In this document: positions 41,142 to 54,389 of the stretch, piece by piece
Layout: every line of letters begins with the position of its first letter
How positions within the stretch are numbered: the stretch's first letter is position 1
Source: Octopus vulgaris
Taxonomy: Eukaryota
NCBI GenBank assembly: GCA_951406725.2
Contig: OX597839.1
Span: 29,884,001 to 29,948,000 of the forward strand
DNA length: 64,000 nucleotides
Direction of reading: 5' to 3'
Notes under the pieces: generated by a model
What the model saw: the letters and a program-made list of their open reading frames with translations, nothing else
Told to the model about the DNA's origin: nothing
Database searches by the model: none
Position numbers and translations under genes: made by a program

Positions 41142-42307
41142 ATAGATGAACATCAATGGTATTTGTATCTTTGTGGTACCAGTGCCGGTGGCACACAGAG
41201 AAAACCATCCGAAAGTGGCCGTAGCCAGTACCGCATCGACTGGCCTCCGTGCTGTGGGCACATAACAAACACCATCCGATCGTGGCCGTTCGCCAGCCTC
41301 ATCTAGCACCTGTGTCGGTGGCACATAAAAACTCCATCCGAAGACCCGGCAAGACTAGTCAGGCCATAACCCATGGCCCCTACCTGGGACGTAGTCAGTC
41401 CACCTGTGCATACCTTCCTTCTTGTGACACTTGTGAAGACCTGTTGAGGCAAGTGAAAATCAAAACAAATCAAAATAGATGAACATCAATGGAATCTGTA
41501 TAGTTGTGGTACCAGTGCCGGTGGCACACAAGAAAACCATCCGAACGTGGCCGTAGCCAGTTCCGCATCGACCGGCCTCCGTGCTGTGGGCACGTAACAA
41601 ACACCATCCGATCATGGCCGTTCGCCAGCCTCATCTGGCACATGTGTCGGTGGCACATAAAAACACCTTCCGAAGACCCGGCAAGACTAGTCAGTCCACC
41701 TGTGCATACCTTCCTTCTTGTGACAGTTGTGAAGACCTGTTGAGGCAAGTGAAAATCAAATCAAATCAAAATAGATGAACATCAATGGTATTTGTATCTT
41801 TGTGGTACCAGTGCCTGTGGCACACAAGAAATCCATCCGAACGTGGCCGTAGTCAGTACCGCATCGACTGGCCATCGTGCTGTGGGCACATAACAAACAC
41901 CATCCGATCGTGGCCGTTCGCCAGCCTCATCTAGCACCTGTGTCGGTGGCACATAAAAACACCATCCGAAGACCCGGCAAGACTAGTCAGGCCATATCCC
42001 ATGGCCCCTACCTGGGACGTAGTCAGTCCACCTGTGCATACCTTCCTCCTTGTGATACTTGTGAAGGCCTGTTGAGGCAAGTGAAAATCAAAATCAAAAT
42101 CAAAATGAAATCAAAACAAATCAAATCAAATCAAATCAAAACAAATCAAAATAGATGAACATTAATGGAATTGTATCTTTGTGGTACCAGTGCCGGTGGC
42201 ACACAAGAAAACCATCCGAACGTGGCCGTAGCCAGTACCGCACCGACTGGCCTCCGTGCTGTGGGCACGTAACAAACACCATCCGATCGTGGCCGTTCGG
42301 GAGAATA

Positions 42308-42343
<36 letters not shown>

Positions 42344-42367
42344 TATATATACATACATATATATATA

Positions 42368-42430
<63 letters not shown>

Positions 42431-44440
42431 GTTGAGGCAGAGGCAAGTGTGTGACACTTGTGGAGACCTGTTGAGGCAAGTGTGTGACCCTTGTGAAGAC
42501 CTGTTGAGGCAAGTGAAAATCAAATCAAACCAAATCAAAATAGATGAACATCAATGGAATTTGTATCTTTGTGGTTCCAGTACCGGTGGCACACAAGAAA
42601 ACCATCCGAACGTGGCCGTAGCCAGTACCGCATTGACTGGCCTCCGTGCTGTGGGCACAACAAACACCATCTGATCGTGGCCGTTCGCCAGCCTCATCTG
42701 GCACCTGTGTCGGTGGCACATAAAAACACCATCCGAAGACCCGGCGACGTAGTCAGTCCACCTGTGCATACCTTCCCTCTTATGACACTTGTGAAGACCT
42801 GTTGAGGCAAGTGTGTGACACTTGTGAAGACCTGTTGAGGCAGAGGCAAGTGTGTGACACTTTGTGAAGACCTGTTGAGGCAGAGGCAAGTGTGTGACAC
42901 CTGTGGAGACCTGTTGAGGCAAGTGTGTGACACGTGTGACACTTGTGAAGACCTGTTGAGGCAAGTGAAAATCAAACCAAATCAAAATAGATGAACATCA
43001 ATGGAATTTGTATCTTTGTGGTTCCAGTACCGGTGGCACACAAGAAAACCATCCAATCGTGGCCGTTCGCCAGCCTCATCTGGCACCTGTGTCGGTGGCA
43101 CATAAAAACACCATCCGAAGACCCGGCGACGTAGTCAGTCCACCTGTGCATACCTTCCTACTTATGACACTTGTGAAGACCTGTTGAGGCAAGTGTGTGA
43201 CACTTGTGTAGACCTGTTGAGGCAAGTGAAAATCAAAATCAAAATCAAATCAAATCAAATCAAACCAAATCAAAATAGATGAACATCAATGGAATTTGTA
43301 TCTTTGTGGTACCAGTACCGGTGGCACACAAGAAAACCATCCGAACGTGGCCGTAGCCAGTACTGCATCGACTGGCCTCTGTGATGTGGGCACATAACAA
43401 ACACCATCCGATCGTGGCCGTCCGCCAGCCTCATCTGGCACCTGTGTCGGTGGCACATAAAAACACCAACCGAAGACCCGGCAAGACTAGTCAGGCCATA
43501 ACCCATGGCCCCTACTTGGGACGTAGTCAGTCCACCTGTGCATACCTTCCTTCCTTCTTGTGACACTTGTGAAGACCTGTTGAGGCAAGTGAAAATCAAA
43601 TCAAATCAAATCAAAATAGATGAACATCAATGGAATTTGTATCTTGTGGTACCAGTGCCGGTGGCACACAAGAAAACCATCCGAACGTGGCCGTAGCCAG
43701 TACCGCATCGACTGGCCTCCGTGCTGTGGGCACGCAACAAACACCATCCGATCGTGGCCGTTCGCCAGCCTCATCTGGCACCTGTGTCGGTGGCACATAA
43801 AAACACCATCCGAAGACCCGGCAAGACTAGTCAGGCCATAACCCGTGGCCCCTACCTGGGACGTAGTCAGTCCACCTGTGCATACCTTCCTTCTTGTGAC
43901 ACTTGTGAAGACCTGTTGAGGCAAGTGAAAATCAAATCAAATCAAAACAAATCAAAATAGATGAACATCAATGGAATTTGTATCTTTGTGGTACCAGTGC
44001 CGGTGGCACACAAGAATCATCCGAACGTGGCCGTAGCCAGTACCGCATAGACTGGCCTCCGTGCTTTGGGGACGTAACAAACACCATCTGATCGTGGCCG
44101 TCCGCCAGCCTCATCTGGCACCTGTGTCGGTGGCACATAAAAACACCATCCGAGCGTGGCCGTCTGCCAGCCCCGTCTGGCACCTGTGTCGGTGGCACAT
44201 AAAAACACCATCCGAGCGTGGCCGTTCGCCAGCCTCGTCTGGCACCTGTGTCGGTGGCACATAAAATCACCCACTACACTCTCGGAGTGGTTGGCGTTAG
44301 GAAGGGCATCCAGCTGTAGAAACACTGCCAGATCTGACTGGCCTGGTGCAGCCTTCGGGCTCCCCAGACCCCAATTGAACCGTCCAACCCATGCTAGCAT
44401 GGAAAACGGACGCTAAATGATGATGATGATGATGATGATG
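41142..44440 (+). repeat. Higher-order tandem array of nine ~290-450-bp units ending in a retroposon-type tail
   Basis: ATAGATGAACAT(C/T)AATGG recurs at 41142, 41475, 41771, 42151, 42540, 42987, 43275, 43616 and 43957. Confidence 0.92.
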
Positions 44441-44480
<40 letters not shown>

Positions 44481-44484
44481 ATAC

Positions 44485-44515
<31 letters not shown>

Positions 44516-44916
44516 ATATATATACATACATATACATACATATATATATATATATAATATATATACATACATATACATACATATATATATATATACATAT
44601 ATATACATATATATATATATATATACATATATATACATATATATATATATATACATATATATACATACATATATATATATATACATATATATACATACAT
44701 ATATATACATATATATATATACATATATATATATATACATATATATACATACATATATATACATATACATATATATACATATATATATATACATATATAT
44801 ACATACATATATATACATATACATATATATACATACATATATATATATATATATACATATACACATATATATATATACACATATACACATATATATATAT
44901 ACACATATACAATATA

Positions 44917-44974
<58 letters not shown>

Positions 44975-44997
44975 TATATATATATATATATACATAT

Positions 44998-45056
<59 letters not shown>

Positions 45057-45348
45057 CAGGCATCAGATGTTGTTACACATCGCTGGTCACAATGTGCTTC
45101 GCATTGTTTTTTTAGTCTTCAAATGACGCCATTCCGCTGGCTAAGCGAGCAGGCCAACAGAAGAAAGAGTGTGAGAAAGTTGTGGCGAAAGAGTACAGCG
45201 GGGATCGCCACCATCCCCTGCTGGAGCCTCGTGGAGCTTTAGGTGTTTTCGCTCAATAAACACTCACAACGCTCAGTCTGGGAATCGAAACTGCGATCCT
45301 ATGACCGCGAGTCCGCTGCCCTAACCACTAGGCCATTGCGCCTCCACA

Positions 45349-45382
<34 letters not shown>

Positions 45383-45494
45383 CATATATATATACACATA
45401 TACATATATATACACACATATATATATACACATATATATATATACATATATATATACACATACATATATACACATACATATACATATATATATA

Positions 45495-45732
45495 CAATAA
45501 TAAAGGGTGAAATTAATTAATTTAGAAATAATCATTAATTTCACCAAGTAGAGTTCGGCATGTAAAAGCCCCATTCAAGGAAGGTTTAAGTAATACTAAG
45601 TAATTAAGGGTTTAGCAACGGTTTGCCTCACCTACCTAAAAGTAGAAAGAATAGCCAAAACTTTTTGACTGCTATTTCTAAATTCGGTGTGTGGTGAGGC
45701 AAATCGTTGCTAAACCCTTAATTACTTAGTAT
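45495..45732. repeat. Inverted-repeat remnant related to the 33050-34210 family
   Basis: 45594-45632 inverted at 45693-45731. Shares the GAA(A)TAGC...GCTATTTCTAAA hairpin. Confidence 0.6.
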
Positions 45733-45782
45733 ATATATATACATATATACATATACATACATACATATATATATATACATAC

Positions 45783-45813
<31 letters not shown>

Positions 45814-46199
45814 TCATCACCATCGTTTAACATCTGTTGTCCATGGTTTGGTCAGTTCGACTGGGCTGGCACACTAGAAGGCTACACCAGACTTCAATCC
45901 GATTTCATATATATACACACACATACAAATACATAGATAATTCAATATTCTTATAAATATCACTCATTTTTTTTCCCCAACTTCCACCGCCTCTGATTAT
46001 TATCATTATATTTTGGAGCTTCCTTAGGGAAAAGCTTCTCAACCCTATACATAATGTATGTGCATGATTGAAAAAAGTGTGAAAATAATGACTGTATATG
46101 CATACTTTTATGTGTGTCAGAGAAGGCAAGATTTCGTTTTTGTCATAAACATAATAAACACAAGAAGAGCAAGAGAAAGATCAAAGTTCAAAGTTTAGT

Positions 46200-46209
46200 T
46201 TTATTTATT
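46200..46209 (-). terminator. Probable GIGYF polyadenylation signal
   Basis: Overlapping AATAAA hexamers on the minus strand followed by a U/GU-rich stretch (46180-46140). Implies a ~1.7-kb 3' UTR. Confidence 0.45.
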
Positions 46210-46233
46210 TAATATTTTATATATATATTATAT

Positions 46234-46265
<32 letters not shown>

Positions 46266-46669
46266 CATACATATACATATATATATATATATTTGTTAAA
46301 ATTTATTCAAATTTTTTCCCTTATTTTTTTTGTCCTGTTTTTATAATTGTTAAGTCTATTCATTTCATTGATTTAGTTTTTGTAATCTTTTCACCATATC
46401 TCATTTTTCTTTTTTTTTAAAGTTTTTTTTTGTATTTTTTTAATATTTCTTTTATTTTTTTGCAATTAATATCACAGCCAATTCATGTAGGTAGGTATGC
46501 AAAAATTTCCACTTCTGATTTATTTATTTATTTTCCCCAGATGTAAAATTCAGAAAGAACAGGAAAAGGAAGAAAAAAAAAGAGAGAGAGAGAGAGGCAG
46601 GGAAAAGAGAAAGAGAGGGGAAGATATTATTAAGGAAAGTGCAGTTTCCATTATTATTGATTTGTAATT

Positions 46670-46755
<86 letters not shown>

Positions 46756-47872
46756 ATATATGTATATATATTAAACTTGCTATACTCTCAAGGCTGAATG
46801 TCCAAGATTTCTAGAAAATAAAAAAGGGAAACATTGCAACATTCCAAAATAATAGTTTGTTTTGCTTTTCTTGTCTATTTTCGGTTCCTGTTCCCCACCC
46901 CCAACAATACGCAAAAAGAAAGGTCCCCTATGTCTTTCTTTCAGTTTGCCTTGTTTTAAATTCAATTTTTTAGAAGTGATTGAAGGGATCCAACATCAGC
47001 TTCCCACAACCCCCACCCCCTGCCCAACACCACTACTTTTAACCTGTGGACAGCATTCACTTTATTGATCTGTAGAAGGGAGGATTAAGGAGAAAAGAGA
47101 CAAAGAGAGGGAAAGAAGAAAACACTGAAGAACAGATAAGGAAACAAAAGAACAGAAGAAAGGTGGGGCGGGGGAATGAAGGAATCCAAACTAGCAGACC
47201 ACTCACACTCCTTAAAAACAGGAGTGTTCTGTATACACTTGTATCAGGTGTGTAAAGTCTGTAATGCTTTGTAGAAATACAACTACATCCAACACTCAAT
47301 GTTTCCATACATTTCACCTGACATGGCACTAAAGTTTACAGGATATTTCACAGATATTCAAATACAGCTATTTGAATGTTCAGAAAAACAAGCTGAAAAT
47401 CACTTACACAACTACAACTGAAAGAAAATATAAATTGCTTTTCACTTACTTTCTCACGCACAGGGTTGAATGACTAACCAACCTTTCTCTCTCTCTATCT
47501 CTCATCATATACCTCAGTCTCCCTCCAGACAGTGCTTGCAACTCCACACAGTAATGGCTATAAACACCACCAACTTAACAATACATTCTTTGCAATAAGA
47601 TCATTTGGGAAGTTTTTCTTTTTTGAGGACTGGTTTCAACGGTTGGCTTTTACTGACTGGCTGTCTCTGGCTTGCTTTCTTATCCTTTTTATTGTCATCA
47701 TCTTTTGTTTTTAGTTTTGCATTCTGTATACACATACATATTTTTAAGTGTTTGTGTACACACTAATGTCTGTGTCTGTATTTAAGCTGATGCGTGTGTA
47801 TGTATCTGAAATTTATCTAAAGTTGTACAATATATGTGGATCACATGTTCGTGCCGAAAAACATCACACCAC

Positions 47873-48175
47873 TCACTTACTCTGTGCCTGAGTCACGGAA
47901 TCAATCGATCCAACGTTGAACCTGTCCGAAGCAGCATGGACGGTGAATCCCAGAACACTGGTGTCCAATTTCTGCATGCGTTTCTTCTTTTTGCTACTCT
48001 TGCTACTAGTTTTGTTGCTGTTGTTGTTGTTGCTGCTGCTGCTGCCACTGCCAGACAAGTGTTCCTGTTGGTTGGTCAAGTTGATGGCATCGTTGTTGCT
48101 ATGATTATTGTTACTGATGCTGTTGCTGCTATGAGACTCTGTGGCAGTGTTACGAACTGGACCCCAAATACTTTC
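47873..48175 (-). CDS. GIGYF: GRB10-interacting GYF protein, last coding exon
   Basis: TATAG acceptor, 303 nt, phase 0. ESIWG...KKKKRMQKLDTSVLGFTVHAASDRFNVGSID resembles the GIGYF1/2 C-terminus as I recall it (KKKKQKMVRADPSLLGFSVNASSERLNMGEIE). Confidence 0.9.
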   Translation of the reverse strand, partial: ESIWGPVRNTATESHSSNSISNNNHSNNDAINLTNQQEHLSGSGSSSSNNNNSNKTSSKSSKKKKRMQKLDTSVLGFTVHAASDRFNVGSIDSVTQAQSK

Positions 48176-48896
48176 CTATAATTAGAATAATGTTAAATAA
48201 GAAACAACACAAGCATTCAGAAAGCTACAAAGAACACAATCATTAATTGGGCTTCTTTGAGGGGAACACAATACAAATTCTTCAAGGTGGTGCCCTAGCA
48301 TGGCCACAGTCTAATGACTAAAAAACAAGAGTATATTTTCTTCCAGATTGGCAGGAAGAGATTATGTCAGATTTTCAGTTCATGCAAGCATGACATAATG
48401 AACCTTAAAATTAAAGCTGAGAGCTAGATATCTCAATCCAATGCCCAATATATCCCTGTTATACCTCTAGTTATTTGATACCCTTTCATTATTTCTCTCT
48501 CTCTCCTCTCTACTCTACAATCATTGTTTCACTCATCAGACTCTTATTCACTCACCCCTGTCAGCACTTTCTCTCCTATTCATGATTTTGCTCATGTTGT
48601 CTTCAATAAATAAAAACACAATAGAGTGATGAGGACTTTAGCCCCATAAAGAACAAGGTAACATAAGTAGTGTTGGGGCCACAATAAAATTTTACTCGGT
48701 ACACTCTGCAAAGGGATTAGTGAACAAGCCATAATAATGTAAGCTAAAGATTCTTCCCCAATCATGTGTGTATGACTATTCATACATAAATATTGCTGTC
48801 ACCAAGAGAAAAGTAAGAGGCACACACACGACAACTCATCTTCATACACACCAGAGTAAATTTTCATTTTTTAAACCAAATATAAATGCTGCTTAC

Positions 48897-49043
48897 CTCT
48901 TCTTGTGGTGGTTGGGATTTTCGGTTTGATTGGTTTGTATGTTGAGCCCCTTTCTTCAGTGCATTTCGTTTCTCAAGAAAGAGACGAGTAAATTCAGCAG
49001 CAACTTTGTTTTCTCCCAAGTAACAGCGAACATATTCACGTAC
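48897..49043 (-). CDS. GIGYF: GIGYF exon (VREYVRCYLGENKVAAEFTRLFLEKR...)
   Basis: CTCTAG acceptor, GAG|GTAAGC donor, 147 nt, phase 0-0. Resembles VHDYIRAYLGDT..AKEFAKQFLERR. Confidence 0.9.
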
Positions 49044-49379
49044 CTAGAGGTCAATGTCAAAAAACACATCTATAGTGTGGGTAGCAGGGAAGAAATGAAG
49101 GCAAGTAGAAAAAGATAGATTCATCTTATGAAATGGGTGTCTAAACAGACTCATAAATGCATATGAAAACTTTTAAGGTTGTTTCTCACTTGATACATAA
49201 ACACACACACACAAGTATATACTTTTGTTTGTGCAAAGCAATCAATACACTGGTTTTGTATCTGTACAATTTATGCAGGAGATTGTAGTTGTGTATTGAG
49301 ACATGTCAATATACAGCTGGGTATAAGCTTGTCCATAAAGATTAATCAATTGGTGTGTGTGTGTGGGGGGGGGGTTGGA

Positions 49380-49590
49380 CCATGATTCTCAACCATTTTT
49401 TACCTATGGAACCCCTTTGATTTCTATTTTACTCAGATGGACCCTCCTAGCCATTCCACGTTTAACCAAATGCTATTATATTTATAGAATTAAATATTAT
49501 TAGGGACTGCATGAAAAAAAATTAAAATATTTGTGTATTCTTGTAAAGATCGCCAAGAGTTTATGTGGAGCCGAGTTGAGAATCACCAGT
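49380..49590. mobile_element. Old hAT-type MITE
   Basis: Degenerate TIRs TGATTCTCAAC and GTTGAGAATCA. Confidence 0.5.
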
Positions 49591-49680
49591 GCAGGGCGTA
49601 TGTTATGGAAGATGCTTAGTGGTGCAAAGATGGGCGAAAACATCAACAAATGAAAGTTGTTTTAAAAAAATCTATTTTAC

Positions 49681-49724
49681 CTCTTGTGAATCCACATCTT
49701 GTAGAAAGGCCACAAAGGTTGGGA
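49681..49724 (-). CDS. GIGYF: GIGYF micro-exon (VPTFVAFLQDVDSQE)
   Basis: TTTCAG acceptor, GAG|GTAAAA donor, 44 nt, phase 1-0. Resembles DVPTFVSFLKEVES. Confidence 0.88.
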
Positions 49725-52700
49725 CTGAAATTGGATAATTGATAATTATTTCAAACAGGATAAATTAGACATAAGCTTGTATATGGATATATATATATAT
49801 ATATATATATAATTTGAATATGGATATACAAAGTGTTTTCAACTGTGAGATTGATATTGTTGATACATCTAAGAGACTTTTCTATTTGCCCTACTTGAGT
49901 AGATGACTAACATTAAAGAAAACAACTTCTCAAATGCTTCAGTGTAACCATCAAAACATTACAAATACTATTCCCACAATATATCAAGTGTTTTGTTATC
50001 CGTAGTGAGCCTATCCAAGGCTCACTATAAAAATAATGCCCAAAACTTTGTAACTTGAAACAAGTAATTTCCATATTAATAACAGATGAAATTTTGTTGA
50101 AACAAATCTGTTTCTTCCACTGAGTAGGTTGAGAGACTACACTGAGGTCTCATTTTTTTCTTTTTTGCTGTTTTATAATATTCTTCATTTTAGAAATGGC
50201 AGGTGAGTTTGTTGGGATAGATTCAGCAGCTGAATTCTTAAAGATTTGATGGTGATATTCACAGTTCTATGCTCTAAACACTGATTAGAACATAGAATCA
50301 AACAGTTTACAAAATAACATGAAAAGAAAAGCTGATAAGTGATAAATACAGTTGATTGTGGTGGAAGATAACCACAACTCACTGTTCATTGGCATCTTAC
50401 ACCAGTCCAATCTATCTCATTGTAAACATGCTGCATGTGGTTGATTACTGCTTATGGCTGTAAGCAATGGAGAGACATCAATAAATGGTTCATAAACTTG
50501 AAGTCTATTTAACATTTACTGAGCTCAAAGTTGGAAGCTAAAAACAAGACATGGCTTTTACAGCTAGATGCCCTTCTAAATGCCAACCACTTTACAGAGT
50601 GCACCGGGTACTTTTTACATAGCAGTGTAAATAGTTAATATAAAGTAGGAAACTCACTGTTGTAAGCAATATCAACAGAACAGGACATTTCATTAGATTC
50701 AACAACTAGGGTAGGTGGAACTTAAGACATGGGTTCAAACAAGCTAATTTCTCACAGAGACAAGATATGAAGTTTTCAGAAGTACTTGCAAAAGTAGAAC
50801 AGCATAACACAGCAGTTCTGACAATGTCCAGACATACCATCACATATTAAATTATACTTACTTCACACATATTTATTCTTCAGTCTGATAAGAACTAGAA
50901 GTAAGGCAAAAGCTTATCATTTCTCATCTCAGTTATTCTATTGTAAACCAAACAGTCTGATGAATGATGCCTTTTCTCACATTTATGTATCTCGATTCAA
51001 ATACTCGTGCATTCCCATTTTTTTCTTTTCAATTGACTCATGGTTTTACTATTCTTTCCTTGATCCCTTATTTTTCCAATTTATCCCCCCCCCCCCACTT
51101 TTTTTTAAAATCCTTATATCATTTCAGAACTGTGGCTCCTAGTTGTTGCAAGGGCAACTAGCCTAGAAGCTCTGGTCATCCAAACTACAAACACTTAATA
51201 AAAGCACAAATTCAGAGACAAAATTAAAATAATCTCCCCCACCCCCTCTCTCTCTCTCTCTCACAAAGGTATGACAATAATACTCTTTGGTATTCACTTC
51301 CTAAGTGGTAGACCTAACAGACTTGTCTGGTTTAATACTACCATGTGATCTTCAGATGCACTGAGCAAGATTCATTCAGATGCAATCCCTCAAACATTTT
51401 CAATGGGGTTTTCCTCTGCATAATATCACTATTTGCTAAAAGATACAGGTGAAAAAATTCCCTATGGGGCCTGCTGCCAGACAGGACAAAAACTTTATCC
51501 CTGCCAGTGGGTAATACCTTGGAAAGCTGCCCATCAGCTTCTGTTATGCTGTATCTTCCTTTTCTAATTTTCAGCATACTCTAGCAAGTACAGAAATATT
51601 GCAGAAATTAATGCAACAGTTCACAGAAACTTCTGTATTAGGGTCAGTTCTTCCTTATACTTTATAAAAAAATACATGAAAATAACATAAAGGAGAATAT
51701 AAACAAACTTCTGGACAATTTTCCTTGCTTTATGCCAACATCCAAACCCCATTAAACTACCTTCTACTCACATTCAAATACTAAATTATTTTAAAGTATC
51801 ACCTAATCTATCTACTCTGCTTACTACTTAGCTATGTCAGTAACACAAATTCCAATTATACGAGTGAAATGTCTCTCTTCACTATTCCTCTTCAGTTATC
51901 TTTACCAATCCTCAAACTTCTTCAAACATCACCAGCTGTTTAACTACCACTCATCTCCTATTAAATACATTCATGTCACTTCTCCTCTCTTGGAAGACAT
52001 CATCATCATCAATAAAGCAGAAACTTTTTCATTTAAACAACTAGCCCAAGGCTTGCACACTTTTCTCCCAAAAATGACAGAAATGAAATTATTTACTACT
52101 CCTAACAATTAGCACCCACTGACGCCCATATTCTACGGCACACATTGATACATCAATTACTCTTGATGTCTTCCTCACATCCAATCCCATTCTTATTCAG
52201 CCTTTATCATTTGTGCACCCAGTAGATCATCTAATTACTAATTAGTTAAGGCAAAACACATCAGCTCATATCCTTAGGTACTTCAAATCAGCTAATTAAT
52301 TCTATGCCAACTTGCTCAGGCAGCAAATGTGTTTCAGCTCCATAAGACTACCACCAGAGACAGAAAGAATATACTTAACACAGCATCCATCCTGCAAACT
52401 TGCCTCATAAATATGCATCAGAATTCTCTGTTTCTTCCTATTCTTTACAGAAAAGTCCAATCTACCACTTCACAACCAAAATGTTTTTGTTGGTAGCACT
52501 TATCACCATCATCTTAACATCCATTTTTCCATGCTTGCATGGGTTGAACAAAATTTGTTGAGGTGGATTTTCTATGGCTGGATGCCCTCCCTGTTGCCAG
52601 CACTCACCTGTTTCCAAGTAAGGTAACATTTGCCCCCAAGGCCAGACATGTTTTTTCACGTAAGACTGGAAAGGAAGGACACTGCTTGTATGACAGTGAC

Positions 52701-54389
52701 ATTTACTTAATGTCTTAGTGTCGTAAAAAAATCACACAATGTCAAGGCTAGGAGGCAGTAACACACACACACACACACAACAGGCTTCTTTCACTTTCTT
52801 TTCTGAAGATGTGTGGCTTAGTGGTTAGGGTATTCAGCTCCCAATTGTAAGGTCATGAGTTCAATTTCAGATAGCACACAATGGGCTGACAGGAATTGTG
52901 TCCTTGAGCAAAACGCTTTACTTCACGTTGCTTCAGCTCCCATCAGCTGGCAAAAATAAGTAGTACCTGTAATTCAAAGGGTCAGCCAAGTCATATTCTG
53001 CTGAATCTCCCTGAGAACTATGTGAAGGATGCACATGCCTGTGAAGTGTTCAAGCAAGCTGTTCCATTGATCGGAGCAACTGGAACCATTGTTGTCATAA
53101 CCAACTGAGTACTAGTTCATTTTTTGTCTACCAAATCCACACATAAGGCTTTGGTCAGCATGGAGATATAGTAGAAAGACACTTGCCCAGGGTGCCATGC
53201 AGTAGGACTGAACCCAAAACCATATGGTTGGGAAGCAAACTTCTTACCACACAGACATGCCAGCACCTATCACTCTCACTGAAAAAGCTGTTACATTTAC
53301 TATCAGCTTCCCCTAACTCCAAATTTATAATTGCATGCCCTAAACAATATCCTGTCCAAAATTTTATTACCATGTTCACAGTTTCTATCTGCAAAAACCC
53401 TTCTGATTTTGCTCCTCAAACAGTATACTTAAGATCCAGCTTCCATTCTTAACAATCTCTTCAATCTTTCTTCATTTCTCTTTCAACAGGAATTTATCCC
53501 AATTTTTGGAAACATGCTGTATGGGTAACCTCTTTGACCCTGCTAACTACCAACTTATTGCTCTCACTACCAACATCTCAAAAGTGAAAAAGCAGTTGTT
53601 CACCCCCATCATCTTGATGCTCCACTGTCAGTGACAGCCACTATAATTTTTTACAGAGCCAGATCTATTGGAGACTTACTTTCATGGTAATCACAATAGG
53701 CCTCCCACCCTTGAAAACATCTACTGTCATAAAAAAGGACACATTGGATAATATAATCCAATGTATATTATTCCTGAAAAGAAGACAAAAACGGTGATGA
53801 TCTGAAGGACTTTGATCATAGATTAGCTCAATCAGACTTGAAGTGGAATGGGAAAAAAAGGCCGTTTGTACCACATCATCTCTAGTCATGAAAAAAACAC
53901 AAAATAAAATGTCTCAAAATCTGATTTCTCCAAGTAATTCCATAAATACATCGACAAAAATGCAGCACAAAGACTAATTAAGAATTTACTTTAAGGCCAA
54001 AAATTATTTCAGTTCCAATTAGTTACGCCAAAGCTTAAGCATGGCTCATACTGGAGTACTGTTCAAACATGTGCAAGAGACAGTGTTGCTGTTGAACATG
54101 CACACACACTGTTTTCACTTAGCAAGGTTCAATCACCAACACTCTTACATAGCACAAATTCACAAATGTTGGATTCCCTCTCTCACTCTTCTGACAAAGA
54201 TATACACAAGTTGAATGAGGAATATAAAAGATATGCAAGTATTTATGGTATACAAATAATAATAGAATATGATGGTGCAGTGTAAAACAGGTGGACCCCT
54301 CTCTAGGGCCAATCAAGCCCCACACCACCATCAGATCCAAGAGCATCCGAAAACCAAAGGCAAGCACCTTCTCTGAATTTTTGCAACTC

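Noticed and set aside
43755-43782. Hammerhead-like string in the array unit (minus GUGC-CAGAUGA-GGCUGGC-GAAC-GGC-CAC)
   Set aside because: Three core deviations (CAGA, GAAC, GGC triplet) and no proper stem II.
41142-44280. CRISPR-like repeat-spacer appearance
   Set aside because: Intervening sequences recur in every unit, the context is eukaryotic, and no cas genes are present.
51700-53660. Possible ancient Penelope and CR1 coding relics
   Set aside because: Only faint motif traces, too decayed to support or delimit by eye.
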